DNA from: Flavobacteriaceae bacterium
GTDB lineage: Bacteria > Bacteroidota > Bacteroidia > Flavobacteriales > Flavobacteriaceae
Length of the DNA: 64,000 nucleotides
Assembly: GCA_049791475.1 (NCBI GenBank)
Contig: JBAQZZ010000016.1
Span: 8,395-72,394, forward strand
Reading direction: 5' to 3'
This document shows, in pieces, positions 1-9,765 of this stretch. The notes under the pieces are model-generated. The model did not search any database. It had not been told where the DNA came from and saw nothing but the letters and a program-made list of their open reading frames with translations. The first letter of the stretch is position 1. Every line of letters starts with the position of its first letter. The translations under genes were made by a program, and so were the position numbers.

Positions 1-13
1 ACATAAAATTAAT

Positions 14-364
14 TTAATTATACCAGACAGCATAGCGTTGTCTTCGTAATTCTAAGGCTAGTGTTTCTTCCTTTTTAAGGGCTTCTTCTCGTGAATTAAT
101 TGCCCCGATATGGTTGTACAAACTGGGTCTTAAATAGGAACCATATTTCTGAACAATATTGGAAGATATTTTATACCCTTTTTTATTTCTGTAACCTGTT
201 TTATGTTGAATAAAGCGTTCTTTTGGTGTTTTACTTGTCATGCCCACATACAAACATTGTAACACGCCATTAAATTGCGGATTTGCAGCTCTAAACTTAG
301 CATTTTCAGTAAATACACGTTTAGATAATTCTATAACATAAATACGATATTGTGTTTTGGGCAT
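14..364 (-). CDS. conserved hypothetical protein, GIY-YIG-like (tentative)
   Basis: 116-aa ORF. 'IYVIEL', 'LYVGMTSKTPKERFIQHKTG' and 'EEALKKEETLALELR' resemble the GIY/YIG strands, Arg/His and Glu of GIY-YIG nucleases, but the spacing is atypical. Confidence 0.45.
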   Translation of the reverse strand: MPKTQYRIYVIELSKRVFTENAKFRAANPQFNGVLQCLYVGMTSKTPKERFIQHKTGYRNKKGYKISSNIVQKYGSYLRPSLYNHIGAINSREEALKKEETLALELRRQRYAVWYN

Positions 365-404
365 GTTTACTTACAGATTTAATGACTACTAATTTCGGTT
401 TTAT

Positions 405-747
405 TTATTTGTCATGGTCGTTAACAATCTCAGCATCAATATATTTACAACATGGATGTACCGTGGCATAAGCGTCATCTGTTGCTTTTAGAGTTTTTAT
501 ATCGTGACTAACAGCTGCTATATTGGGTTGTATAGAATCTAAATTTGTTTTGCATCCGTCAAAAATTAATTTCAATTCGTGAGTTTTTACATCCCAAATC
601 GCAGGTTTAATACCTTTTATATTTAAACTCGCTTTTTCTTATTCTTGTTTTACACATCATGCAAACACCATCAACTTCCAATGATGTTTTGGCATTTTTG
701 TATTGAGCAAAGGTAGTTGTTCCTAATAAAAAAAAATTTAAAACCAA
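405..747 (-). pseudogene. heavy-metal-associated (HMA) domain protein, frameshifted and N-terminally truncated
   Basis: My minus-strand translation gives ..FFLLGTTTFAQYKNAKTSLEVDGVCMMCKTRI then a stop. Shifting one frame near 636-645 continues EKASLNIKGIKPAIWDVKTHELKLIFDG...DDAYATVHPCCKYID*. A GxCxxC HMA motif and C-terminal PCC motif are present. There is no ATG; a TAG lies at 748-750. Confidence 0.6.
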
Positions 748-750
748 CTA

Positions 751-787
751 TCCTCGAGGCAGTTCCGATAGCTATCGGGATCGAGGA
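751..787. repeat. palindromic element (tcctcga..ccgatagctatcgg..tcgagga)
   Basis: 7-bp outer inverted repeat (751-757 / 781-787) enclosing the perfect 14-nt palindrome ccgatagctatcgg (765-778). It directly abuts the truncated 5' end of the HMA pseudogene. Confidence 0.6.
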
Positions 788-813
788 ATTCTTTTCGATT
801 AAATGGTTAACAA

Positions 814-1242
814 TTAGCTTTTTAATTTATGGTAGTAAAACGCTGGTAATAATAGAATTAAAATGATAGGCTGAATTAAAAATCTGCGAATATTAAAAAA
901 TAAATAATAATCTTCTTGTTTTGGATTTATAACAAAATACAAATACACTAAAATTAAAATAAAGTAAGCCACAGCATAAATTAAAACTGAAAACTTAATA
1001 ATGCTTTTATCTTTAAAAAATACATACAAAATACTTAACGAAATAACAGTATTTAAAACAAAACGCAATGTTGTAAACGCTGTTACTTTTAAAACTTCGC
1101 GTCTGGGGCTATCTATGTATAAATAGTCGTTTTCAAAAAACGTTAAATACGGGTCATAAAACAATTCGCTTTCAAAAAACCTTATTAAAACCAACAGGCT
1201 AAATAGAAAAAAAAGCAATATGTATTTAGCTGCTTTATGCAT
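814..1242 (-). CDS. exosortase F system-associated membrane protein
   Basis: 142-aa polytopic membrane ORF overlapping by 8 nt the end of the XrtF-like gene. Its size, position and 'LIRFFESELFYDPY' N-terminal region fit the XrtF partner family as I remember it. Confidence 0.55.
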   Translation of the reverse strand: MHKAAKYILLFFLFSLLVLIRFFESELFYDPYLTFFENDYLYIDSPRREVLKVTAFTTLRFVLNTVISLSILYVFFKDKSIIKFSVLIYAVAYFILILVYLYFVINPKQEDYYLFFNIRRFLIQPIILILLLPAFYYHKLKS

Positions 1243-1786
1243 CTTTCGTGTTTAATTTAGAAAAACGATTTACCCAAAAAATCCATAATAAAAATACCAT
1301 ACCATAAATAATGCCTGGGAATACTACTTTATGTAAAACCTCAGAATACTCTGGGTAGTGATACAAACCTAAACTCAAAAGAACAATACGAAACAGATTT
1401 ACTACATAAATTAAAACACTACCAGCAAGGATGTAAAAAAAAGTAGTTTTCAATTTTCCAGAAAAGGCTACAATAAAAGACAAAAATAATATGATAACAC
1501 TTATAGAATTACAGCCTTCAATAATTCGTGCTGTAAAGTTTCCGTTTAAAAAAAGTTTCATGGAAGGTTCATCGGAATGTGCTAAAACTTCAGCACTATA
1601 ACCCAAAACATTTAATATATTTTCGGTTTGTTTTGCGACTAAATTCGTTATATAATCTGGGTAAAACTTTGAGCCATCAGAGTATTGCAAGTAAAACTTA
1701 TATAATAAAGAACATACGGTATATACCAACAAAAATGTAAGTGTAAATTTTATTACCGCCTTGTATTTTACAAAAAGTGCCTTCAC
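1235..1786 (-). CDS. xrtF: exosortase family protein XrtF
   Basis: 183-aa membrane protein with 'ARIIEGCNSISVIILF..AFSGKLK....N..RI' , the Cys/Arg-containing exosortase core. The size is typical of the Bacteroidota XrtF subfamily. Confidence 0.65.
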   Translation of the reverse strand: MKALFVKYKAVIKFTLTFLLVYTVCSLLYKFYLQYSDGSKFYPDYITNLVAKQTENILNVLGYSAEVLAHSDEPSMKLFLNGNFTARIIEGCNSISVIILFLSFIVAFSGKLKTTFFYILAGSVLIYVVNLFRIVLLSLGLYHYPEYSEVLHKVVFPGIIYGMVFLLWIFWVNRFSKLNTKDA

Positions 1787-1858
1787 TCAAAAAATTAAAT
1801 AAAATCTGGATACCGAAATTACAGCTTTTTAAATACTTTTACCAAAACTTTTCATTTT

Positions 1859-2314
1859 ATGATTTTTGAAAACCTAAAACCACAAGTAGAATCTATTATT
1901 TCTAACACCAATATTGACAAAAAAGACCAACTTTTAAAAGTTTGTGAATTGCTTGAAACTCATATTAGCTATTATAATTGGGTTGGTTTTTATTTTAGAA
2001 ATGGGAACAAAGAAGAACTAATTTTAGGGCCTTATGTTGGCGCACCAACAGACCATACGGTTATTCCTTTTGGAAAAGGTATTTGCGGACAAGTGGCTTT
2101 AAGTAATCAAAACTTTGTTGTGCCAGATGTAACTGCACAAGACAATTATATTGCCTGTAGCCTTACTGTAAAAGCAGAAATAGTAGTTCCAATTTTTGTA
2201 GATGGTAAAAATATAGGGCAAATTGACATTGACTCTAATACTCCTGACCCATTTACCGAAGCTGACGAACGTTTTTTAGAGTTTGTTTGTGCTAAAGTTG
2301 CTGAAATTTTATAG
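1859..2314 (+). CDS. GAF domain protein (free methionine-(R)-sulfoxide reductase-like)
   Basis: 151 aa. 'GKGICGQVA..NQNFVVPDV....YIACS..VKAEIVVPIF.DGK.IGQIDIDS' is the fRMsr/YebR-type GAF signature. Confidence 0.75.
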   Translation: MIFENLKPQVESIISNTNIDKKDQLLKVCELLETHISYYNWVGFYFRNGNKEELILGPYVGAPTDHTVIPFGKGICGQVALSNQNFVVPDVTAQDNYIACSLTVKAEIVVPIFVDGKNIGQIDIDSNTPDPFTEADERFLEFVCAKVAEIL

Positions 2315-2394
2315 TTGTTAACAACTTCGCTTTTTAGTTGAAAAATCATCCGTTTTTCAAACTATTTCAACATACTAATTTTAAAGTAAATAAG

Positions 2395-2402
2395 TACTTT
2401 TG
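2395..2402 (+). promoter_or_regulatory. candidate Bacteroidota -7 promoter box (TACTTTTG) upstream of purH
   Basis: Exact match to TAnnTTTG, 57 nt upstream of the purH ATG. No clear -33 TTG was seen. Confidence 0.35.
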
Positions 2403-2458
2403 CCTTTTAGAATAAATCTGTGCAAAAGCATTCAAAAATTTAAATCAACACCACACTA

Positions 2459-3991
2459 ATGAGCAACAAAAAAACCATAAAATCTGCGTTAATATCAGTT
2501 TTCAGTAAAGACGGATTAGAACCTATTGTCAAAAAATTAAACGACCAAGGTGTAACCATATACTCTACTGGTGGAACTGAAAAATTTATAAAAGATTTAG
2601 GCATTGATGTTATCCCTGTTGAAGATGTGACATCTTACCCATCTATTCTTGGTGGTCGTGTAAAAACATTGCATCCAAAAGTATTTGGCGGTATTTTAAA
2701 CCGTCAAAATCACGAAGGTGATATTGCCGAATTAATTGAATATGAGATTCCGCAAATTGATGCCGTAATTGTTGATTTATATCCGTTTGAAAAAACAGTT
2801 GCTTCTGGCGCTAGCAATCAAGATATTATTGAAAAAATAGATATTGGTGGTATTTCATTAATTCGTGCGGCTGCTAAAAATTATGCTGATGTTATTTGTG
2901 TGTCTTCAGTTGATAATTATGTAGAATTTTTAGAATTAATATCTAAAAATAACGGCACTATTTCTGAGGAAGATAGAAAACGTTTCGCTGGAAAAGCTTT
3001 TAATGTTTCTTCGCATTACGATACTGCCATTTTTAATTACTTCAACAAAAATCATGAAGAAGCTGTTTTAAAAATTAGTGAAACCAACGGAAAGGTTTTA
3101 CGGTACGGAGAAAACCCACACCAAAAAGGTTTTTTCTTTGGAGATTTTGATGAATTATTCAATAAACTTCATGGAAAAGAATTAAGTTATAATAACCTTT
3201 TAGATGTTGATGCCGCAGTAAATTTAATGCTAGAGTTTAAAAATGACGCACCAACATTTGCTATTTTAAAACACAATAATGCTTGTGGTTTAGCGCAGCG
3301 TGAAACACTTCATCAAGCTTACGTTGATGCATTAGCTGGCGATCCAGTTTCTGCTTTTGGTGGTGTTTTAATTAGTAATAAAGAAATTGATTTAGCTACC
3401 GCCGAAGAGATTCATAAGTTATTTTGTGAAGTGGTTATTGCGCCTTCTTTCTCTAATGAAGCTTTAGAACTCTTGAAAGGCAAAAAAAATAGGATTTTAT
3501 TAATTCTTCACGATATTCCGTTTCCAGAAACAACTGTTAGAAGTTGTTTAAATGGAGTTTTAGTTCAAGATAGAAACAATATTACAGATTCTGTTGAAGG
3601 TTTAAAAAATGTAACTAATACTACACCTACAACTAACGAAATTGACGATTTAATTTTTGCTTCAAAAATTTGCAAGCACACAAAATCTAATACCATAGTT
3701 TTAGCAAAAAACAAACAGCTGTATGCTAGCGGAACTGGGCAAACCAGTCGTGTGGATGCTTTACAACAAGCTATTCATAAAGCGCAATCGTTTAATTTTG
3801 ATTTAAAAGGTGCTGCTATGGCGAGTGATGCCTTTTTTCCGTTTCCCGATTGTGTAGAGATTGCAAAAAATGCTGGTATAACAGCCGTAATTCAACCAGG
3901 CGGTTCAATAAAAGATCAATTGAGTATTGATTATTGTAATGAAAACAATGTAGCCATGGTAATGACGGGCACAAGACACTTTAAGCATTAA
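2459..3991 (+). CDS. purH: bifunctional AICAR transformylase / IMP cyclohydrolase
   Basis: 510 aa. N-terminal MGS-like domain 'ALISVFSKDGL..STGGT' and C-terminal AICARFT domain ending 'TGTRHFKH'. Confidence 0.97.
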   Translation: MSNKKTIKSALISVFSKDGLEPIVKKLNDQGVTIYSTGGTEKFIKDLGIDVIPVEDVTSYPSILGGRVKTLHPKVFGGILNRQNHEGDIAELIEYEIPQIDAVIVDLYPFEKTVASGASNQDIIEKIDIGGISLIRAAAKNYADVICVSSVDNYVEFLELISKNNGTISEEDRKRFAGKAFNVSSHYDTAIFNYFNKNHEEAVLKISETNGKVLRYGENPHQKGFFFGDFDELFNKLHGKELSYNNLLDVDAAVNLMLEFKNDAPTFAILKHNNACGLAQRETLHQAYVDALAGDPVSAFGGVLISNKEIDLATAEEIHKLFCEVVIAPSFSNEALELLKGKKNRILLILHDIPFPETTVRSCLNGVLVQDRNNITDSVEGLKNVTNTTPTTNEIDDLIFASKICKHTKSNTIVLAKNKQLYASGTGQTSRVDALQQAIHKAQSFNFDLKGAAMASDAFFPFPDCVEIAKNAGITAVIQPGGSIKDQLSIDYCNENNVAMVMTGTRHFKH

Positions 3992-4055
3992 CAGCACATT
4001 TAATACGTTAAACACCGATAAAAAGTTTAAAATAAAAAGATACTTTATTTTAATA

Positions 4056-4063
4056 TAATTTTG
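4056..4063 (+). promoter_or_regulatory. candidate -7 promoter box (TAATTTTG) upstream of mreB
   Basis: Match to TAnnTTTG, 85 nt upstream of the mreB ATG. Confidence 0.35.
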
Positions 4064-4147
4064 AACACCCATAAACCACATATATTTATTAACTTTTATT
4101 ACATTTACGGGATTCATTTTCAAACCAATTAAAATCATTAATAGCAC

Positions 4148-5176
4148 ATGGGATTTTTCGACTTCCTAACCGAAGAAATTGCAATAGATTTAGGTACTGC
4201 AAATACACTTATTATTCATAACGACAAGGTTGTTGTTGATGCACCTTCTATAGTCGCCCGAGATAGAATTTCTGGTAAAATTATTGCCGTTGGGCAAGAG
4301 GCTAGCTTAATGCAAGGAAAAACTCATGAGAATATTAAAACCATCCGCCCTTTAAAAGATGGTGTAATTGCTGATTTTGATGCATCTGAGCAGATGATAA
4401 GTATGTTTATTAAAAACATACCTGCGCTAAAAAAGAAGTTTTTTACACCAGCTTTACGTATGGTTATTTGTATTCCTTCAGGGATTACTGAAGTTGAAAT
4501 GCGTGCAGTAAAAGAAAGTGCTGAACGTGTAAATGGAAAAGAAGTTTACTTAATACATGAACCCATGGCTGCTGCTATTGGTATTGGTGTAGATATTATG
4601 CAACCAAAAGGGAATATGGTTGTTGATATAGGTGGAGGAACAACTGAAATTGCTGTTATAGCTTTAGGAGGTATTGTTTGCGACAAATCAGTTAAAATTG
4701 CAGGTGATGTTTTCACTAATGATATTGTGTACTACATGCGCACACAACACAACTTATATGTTGGCGAGCGAACAGCAGAAAAAATAAAAATACAAATTGG
4801 TGCTGCAACTGAAGATTTAGAATTGCCTCCAGAAGATATGAGCGTTCAAGGTAGAGATTTACTTACCGGAAAACCAAAACAGGTTTCTATATCGTATAGA
4901 GAAATAGCCAAAGCTTTAGACAAATCTATTTTGCGTATTGAAGATGCCGTTATGGAAACCCTAGGGCAAACACCTCCAGAATTAGCTGCCGATATTTATA
5001 ACACTGGAATTTATTTAGCAGGTGGCGGCTCTATGCTTCGTGGTTTAGATAAGCGTTTATCTCAAAAAACAGATTTACCTGTTTATATTGCTGAAGATCC
5101 TTTGCGTGCTGTAGTTAGAGGTACTGGCATTACACTTAAAAACTTACCAAAATACAAAAGTGTATTGATAAAGTAA
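4148..5176 (+). CDS. mreB: rod shape-determining protein MreB
   Basis: 342 aa actin-like ATPase: 'IAIDLGTANTLI', 'VVDIGGGTTEIAVI', 'GIYLAGGGSMLRGLD'. Confidence 0.97.
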   Translation: MGFFDFLTEEIAIDLGTANTLIIHNDKVVVDAPSIVARDRISGKIIAVGQEASLMQGKTHENIKTIRPLKDGVIADFDASEQMISMFIKNIPALKKKFFTPALRMVICIPSGITEVEMRAVKESAERVNGKEVYLIHEPMAAAIGIGVDIMQPKGNMVVDIGGGTTEIAVIALGGIVCDKSVKIAGDVFTNDIVYYMRTQHNLYVGERTAEKIKIQIGAATEDLELPPEDMSVQGRDLLTGKPKQVSISYREIAKALDKSILRIEDAVMETLGQTPPELAADIYNTGIYLAGGGSMLRGLDKRLSQKTDLPVYIAEDPLRAVVRGTGITLKNLPKYKSVLIK

Positions 5177-5200
5177 AAGGACAAATTAGGTAAATAACCC

Positions 5201-6016
5201 ATGCAACAAATTATTAATTTTATAATAAGAAACAAAACGTTTTTGTTATTCTTGTTGCTGTTTTCTATTTCTATAATTTTCACTATTCAATCGCATTCGT
5301 ATCATAAAAGTAAGTTTATAAATTCGGCTAATTTTTTAACAGGCGGAATTTACAATACGGTAAATAATGTTTCTGGGTATTTCGATTTGAAATCTCAGAA
5401 TCAAATTCTATCTGAAGAAAATAATCGATTAAAATCACTTTTATATAACGCTGAAAACAATAACGATTCTACTTATATTGATAGTGTAACTTTCATAAAC
5501 CAGTATAGATTTACATCAGCTAATATAATACGGAATTCGTTTTCGGCAACAGACAACATGCTACTAATAAATAAAGGCAAAAATGATAGTATAAAAGAAG
5601 ATTTTGGAGTTATTACAAGTAAGGGGCTTTTAGGTATTATTAATAAAACAAGTAATAATTATGCAACTGTAATTTCTATTTTAAATACCACGAGCAATAT
5701 TAGTGCTAAGTTGAAAAAATCAAATCATTACGGCTCACTAACTTGGAATGGCAAAGACCCTAACATAACGCAACTTGTTGATATACCAAAGGTTGCAAAT
5801 GTTAAAATTGGAGACACTATAGTAACCTCTGGCTTATCTTCAATTTTCCCCAAAGGTATTTATGTAGGAACCATTGAAAATTTTAAACTTGATGATGCTG
5901 AAAATTATTATGAAATTAATGTGAAATTATTTAACGATATGACCAGCGTTGAACATGTTTATATTATAGAAAATATTGATGCTAAAGAAATCAATAATTT
6001 GTTAATACCAAACTAA
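5201..6016 (+). CDS. mreC: rod shape-determining protein MreC
   Basis: 271 aa with an N-terminal TM segment, a coiled segment (ENNRLKSLL) and 'GDTIVTSGLSSIFPKGIYVG'. Positioned between mreB and mreD. Confidence 0.85.
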   Translation: MQQIINFIIRNKTFLLFLLLFSISIIFTIQSHSYHKSKFINSANFLTGGIYNTVNNVSGYFDLKSQNQILSEENNRLKSLLYNAENNNDSTYIDSVTFINQYRFTSANIIRNSFSATDNMLLINKGKNDSIKEDFGVITSKGLLGIINKTSNNYATVISILNTTSNISAKLKKSNHYGSLTWNGKDPNITQLVDIPKVANVKIGDTIVTSGLSSIFPKGIYVGTIENFKLDDAENYYEINVKLFNDMTSVEHVYIIENIDAKEINNLLIPN

Positions 6017-6523
6017 ATGAATACTGCTATTTCTATAAATATCATACGTTTTTTAGTTTTAGTGCTATTTCAAGTATTGATAGGTAATCATATTAACTTT
6101 TTAGGGTACATTAACCCATATATTTACATTCTTTTTATTATTCTTTATCCAACAAAAAACAATAGAGCTTTATTTATTTTTCTTAGTTTTCTATTGGGTT
6201 TATCAATTGATTTATTTTCTGATTCTGGTGGTATTCATGCCGCTGCTTCGGTATTTATTGCATTTATAAGACCATTATTACTCAGGTCTTCTTTTGGTGT
6301 TCAATATGAAAATTATGCAATTAAATTTGATAATGTAGAATTTGGTGCAAAACTAAGTTACATCACATTTTTAACTTTAATCCATCACATAATTCTATTT
6401 TATTTAGAAATATTTAGCATTTCTAAGATACTTTTAGTGCTTCAAAAAACGTTATTCTCAAGTATATTTACTATTTTATTGTGCGTATTAATAACTATAA
6501 TTTTTAGTAGAAAAACCAAATGA
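6017..6523 (+). CDS. mreD: rod shape-determining protein MreD
   Basis: 168-aa polytopic membrane protein directly following mreC and overlapping mrdA by 4 nt. Confidence 0.7.
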   Translation: MNTAISINIIRFLVLVLFQVLIGNHINFLGYINPYIYILFIILYPTKNNRALFIFLSFLLGLSIDLFSDSGGIHAAASVFIAFIRPLLLRSSFGVQYENYAIKFDNVEFGAKLSYITFLTLIHHIILFYLEIFSISKILLVLQKTLFSSIFTILLCVLITIIFSRKTK

Positions 6524-8457
6524 GACAATTTTTACTTTTTTTTTCAATAATCCTTGTAGGTCTAGTTTTTTTATCAAGACTCTTTTATCTGCAAGTTTAC
6601 GATACAAACAACTACAGTTTATTAGAAGATAATGCCATCAGAAAAGTTTATGATTACCCCAAAAGAGGCTTTGTTTACGATAGAAACGGGGAACTTCTAG
6701 TTGCCAATCAACCATCATATGATGTCATGGTAATTCCTAGAGAAGTAAAGCCATTAGATACCATAGAATTTTGTAAATTGTTAAAAATCAGCAAAGATCA
6801 ATTTATTAGTAAATTAAATAAAGCTTATCATTATTCTCCTAGATTGCCATCGCCATTTGTACCGCAGCTTTCAAAAAAAGACTACGCTGTTTTACAAGAA
6901 AAAATGCGAAAGTTTGAGGGCTTTTACATTCAAAAACGTTCATTAAGATATTACCAAACAACAATAGGGGCAAATGTTTTAGGCGATATTGGCGAGGTAA
7001 ACAATGGTGATATAAGTAAAGACCCCTATTACAAAATGGGTGATTTAAAAGGCAAACAAGGTATTGAGGCTTCTTACGAAAAAACGTTACGCGGTGTAAA
7101 AGGCATTAAGCGTATTCTTAGAGATCGATTTAATCGAAATATTGGCTCTTTCAAAGAAGGTAAATATGACACCATACCTGAACAAGGCAAAGATATTACC
7201 ATAACCATTGATGCAAAATTGCAAGCCTATGGTGAATTGCTAATGAAAAACAAACGTGGTGGTATTATCGCTATCGAGCCTTCAACAGGAGAAATATTAG
7301 CTATGATTTCTGCACCAACTTACGACCCAAATATTTTGGTAGGAAGAGACCGCTCAAAAAATTTTACAACACTTTATTATGACACCATAGCTAAACCATT
7401 ATTTGATAGAAGTTTGAAAGCGCAATATCCACCAGGATCACCTTTTAAAGTTTTGAATGCACTTATAGGGTTACAGGAAAACGTTGTGACCACCGATGAA
7501 AAATTTGGTTGTCGAATGGGATATTATTTAGGCAGTAGAAAGCTTACAGGTTGTCATCATCATAAGACCCCGCTAAGCATGAATGGTGGTATTGCACTAT
7601 CGTGTAATGCTTATTTTGTAAATGTTTATAGAAGAATTATTGAAAAATATGACAAGCCTCATGACGGTATGGATGTGTGGAGTAATCATATTAAAAGTTT
7701 CGGTTTAGGAAATTATTTGGGCTACGATTTAAAAATTGGAAACAAAGGACGTATTCCTGATGGTGATTTTTACGATAAGTGGTATGGAAAAAATAAGTGG
7801 GCTTCAACCTATAACATCTCTAATGCTATTGGGCAAGGCGAAGTAGAAGCTACTCCTATTCAATTAGCAAATATGGTTGCAGCGATAGGAAATAGGGGTT
7901 ATTTTTATACACCTCATATTATAAAATCTATTGAAGGCGAGACTATTGATGAAAATTATACAACGCCAAAATATACCACGATTGACAAAGAACATTTTGA
8001 ACCTGTAGTACAAGGCATGTTTGATGTTTTCAACAATGGTACAGCTGCATCATTGAGAGTAAAAGATATCGAAATATGTGGTAAAACAGGAACTGCGGAA
8101 AATTTTATGAAAATTGATAGCTTAACAACACAATTAACAGACCACTCTATATTTGTTGCTTTTGCTCCAAAAGATAACCCTAAAATTGCCGTTGCAGTTT
8201 TTGTAGAAAACGGCTATTGGGGTAGTCGATTTGCTGGTAAAATTACCAGTTTAATAATTGAAAAATACCTAAAAGGAACAATAACAAGAACAGATTTAGA
8301 AGATTGGCTTTTAAAACACAGTTTGGAAAATGAATACGCAAAACCTTATTCTGGCGAACCCTTTTATATTAATGATAAAACCACTTTACAAACTGTTGAA
8401 GACAAAGAATATTTACAATTAAAAGCGCTCTTAAACAAAATGAATACTGAAAATTAA
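6520..8457 (+). CDS. mrdA: penicillin-binding protein 2 (elongasome transpeptidase)
   Basis: 645 aa with the SxxK 'GSPFKV', SxN 'SCN' and 'KTGTAE' transpeptidase motifs, in mre operon context. Confidence 0.93.
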   Translation: MRQFLLFFSIILVGLVFLSRLFYLQVYDTNNYSLLEDNAIRKVYDYPKRGFVYDRNGELLVANQPSYDVMVIPREVKPLDTIEFCKLLKISKDQFISKLNKAYHYSPRLPSPFVPQLSKKDYAVLQEKMRKFEGFYIQKRSLRYYQTTIGANVLGDIGEVNNGDISKDPYYKMGDLKGKQGIEASYEKTLRGVKGIKRILRDRFNRNIGSFKEGKYDTIPEQGKDITITIDAKLQAYGELLMKNKRGGIIAIEPSTGEILAMISAPTYDPNILVGRDRSKNFTTLYYDTIAKPLFDRSLKAQYPPGSPFKVLNALIGLQENVVTTDEKFGCRMGYYLGSRKLTGCHHHKTPLSMNGGIALSCNAYFVNVYRRIIEKYDKPHDGMDVWSNHIKSFGLGNYLGYDLKIGNKGRIPDGDFYDKWYGKNKWASTYNISNAIGQGEVEATPIQLANMVAAIGNRGYFYTPHIIKSIEGETIDENYTTPKYTTIDKEHFEPVVQGMFDVFNNGTAASLRVKDIEICGKTGTAENFMKIDSLTTQLTDHSIFVAFAPKDNPKIAVAVFVENGYWGSRFAGKITSLIIEKYLKGTITRTDLEDWLLKHSLENEYAKPYSGEPFYINDKTTLQTVEDKEYLQLKALLNKMNTEN

Positions 8458-9734
8458 TGTTAAGAGAGTCACACAAACATTTTCGGTTTGATTGGATAAC
8501 TATTGTTCTTTTTCTTCTTATAGTTGGTTTTGGGTGGTTAAATATTTTATCGGCTTCTCATTCTGGTTATGATATAAATTATTTTGATTTATCACAACCT
8601 TTTGGAAAACAACTTGTTTTTATTTTTTTAACCTTTGGTTTAATTATAGTGTTATTAGCTATAGATACCAAATTTTATGAACGCTTTTCTAGTGTTATTT
8701 ACATCGTATCTATGCTATCGCTTTTGGGCCTTTTTATATTCGGTAAAAACGTAAATGGTGCTACATCTTGGTATGCTATTGGCGGTATGACTTTACAACC
8801 CAGTGAGTTTGCTAAAGCTGCGACTGCACTGGCGGTAGCCAAAAACATAAGCGACTTAAATACGAATATTAAAAACTTTAAAGATCAAATACAAACGTTC
8901 ATCATCATCATTCTACCAGCTATTTTGGTATTACTCCAAAATGACACTGGTAGTACAATAGTTTACGGCGCATTCTTTTTTGTTTTGTACAGAGAAGGGC
9001 TACCAAAATATTATCTATATATTGGAGTTTCCGTTATTTTATTATCTGGTTTGTCTTTAAAATTTGGAGTCATAATCACATCTATACTTGCGATTTTAAT
9101 CATGACTGCATTTCATTTTTTGAGCAAGAAAAAACTAAAAATTTTCCAATCTATATTTATCTTAATAGTAGCCATTGGAATTACTTTTACAGTAAAAATA
9201 TTTTATGAAAGTATATTACAACCACACCAACAAGATAGGATAAGTCTATGGTTGCGTTTAGAAAAAAATCCTGAAAAATTAGAGCAAATGAAAAAAACAT
9301 TTGCCTATAATTTAAACGAATCTGAAAAGGCAATAAGCTCTGGTGGTTTTACAGGAAAAGGCTTTATGGAAGGCACCCGTACTACAGGGAAATTTGTACC
9401 AGCACAACACACTGATTATATTTTTAGTACCGTGGGCGAAGAGTGGGGCTTTTTGGGAAGCGCTTTTGTAATAGTTCTTTTTGTGCTGCTTTTACTTAGA
9501 ATATTACATTTAGCCGAATTGCAAAAATCGCAATTTAGTCGAGTTTATGGCTACAGTGTTGCCGCTATTATATTTATTCATTTTTTAATAAATATTGGTA
9601 TGGTAATGGGCTTAATTCCAACCATCGGTATTCCTTTACCATTATTTAGCTATGGCGGCTCTGGACTATGGGCATTCACTATTTTAATCTTTATTTTCAT
9701 TAAATTAGATTCAAATCGAATCAACGAATGGTAG
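8457..9734 (+). CDS. rodA: rod shape-determining protein RodA (SEDS glycosyltransferase)
   Basis: 425-aa FtsW/RodA/SpoVE family protein: 'QPSEFAK', 'HTDYIFS..GEEWGF', 'PLPLFSYGGS'. Confidence 0.93.
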   Translation: MLRESHKHFRFDWITIVLFLLIVGFGWLNILSASHSGYDINYFDLSQPFGKQLVFIFLTFGLIIVLLAIDTKFYERFSSVIYIVSMLSLLGLFIFGKNVNGATSWYAIGGMTLQPSEFAKAATALAVAKNISDLNTNIKNFKDQIQTFIIIILPAILVLLQNDTGSTIVYGAFFFVLYREGLPKYYLYIGVSVILLSGLSLKFGVIITSILAILIMTAFHFLSKKKLKIFQSIFILIVAIGITFTVKIFYESILQPHQQDRISLWLRLEKNPEKLEQMKKTFAYNLNESEKAISSGGFTGKGFMEGTRTTGKFVPAQHTDYIFSTVGEEWGFLGSAFVIVLFVLLLLRILHLAELQKSQFSRVYGYSVAAIIFIHFLINIGMVMGLIPTIGIPLPLFSYGGSGLWAFTILIFIFIKLDSNRINEW

Positions 9735-9765
9735 TACATAACGAGCTTTTAATTATTTCTCTCAG

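Noticed and set aside
3905-4147. 80-aa minus-strand ORF spanning the purH 3' end and the purH-mreB spacer.
   Set aside because: It overlaps purH coding sequence and AT-rich intergenic DNA that carries the mreB promoter box. The translation is hydrophobic and low-complexity with no recognisable motif.
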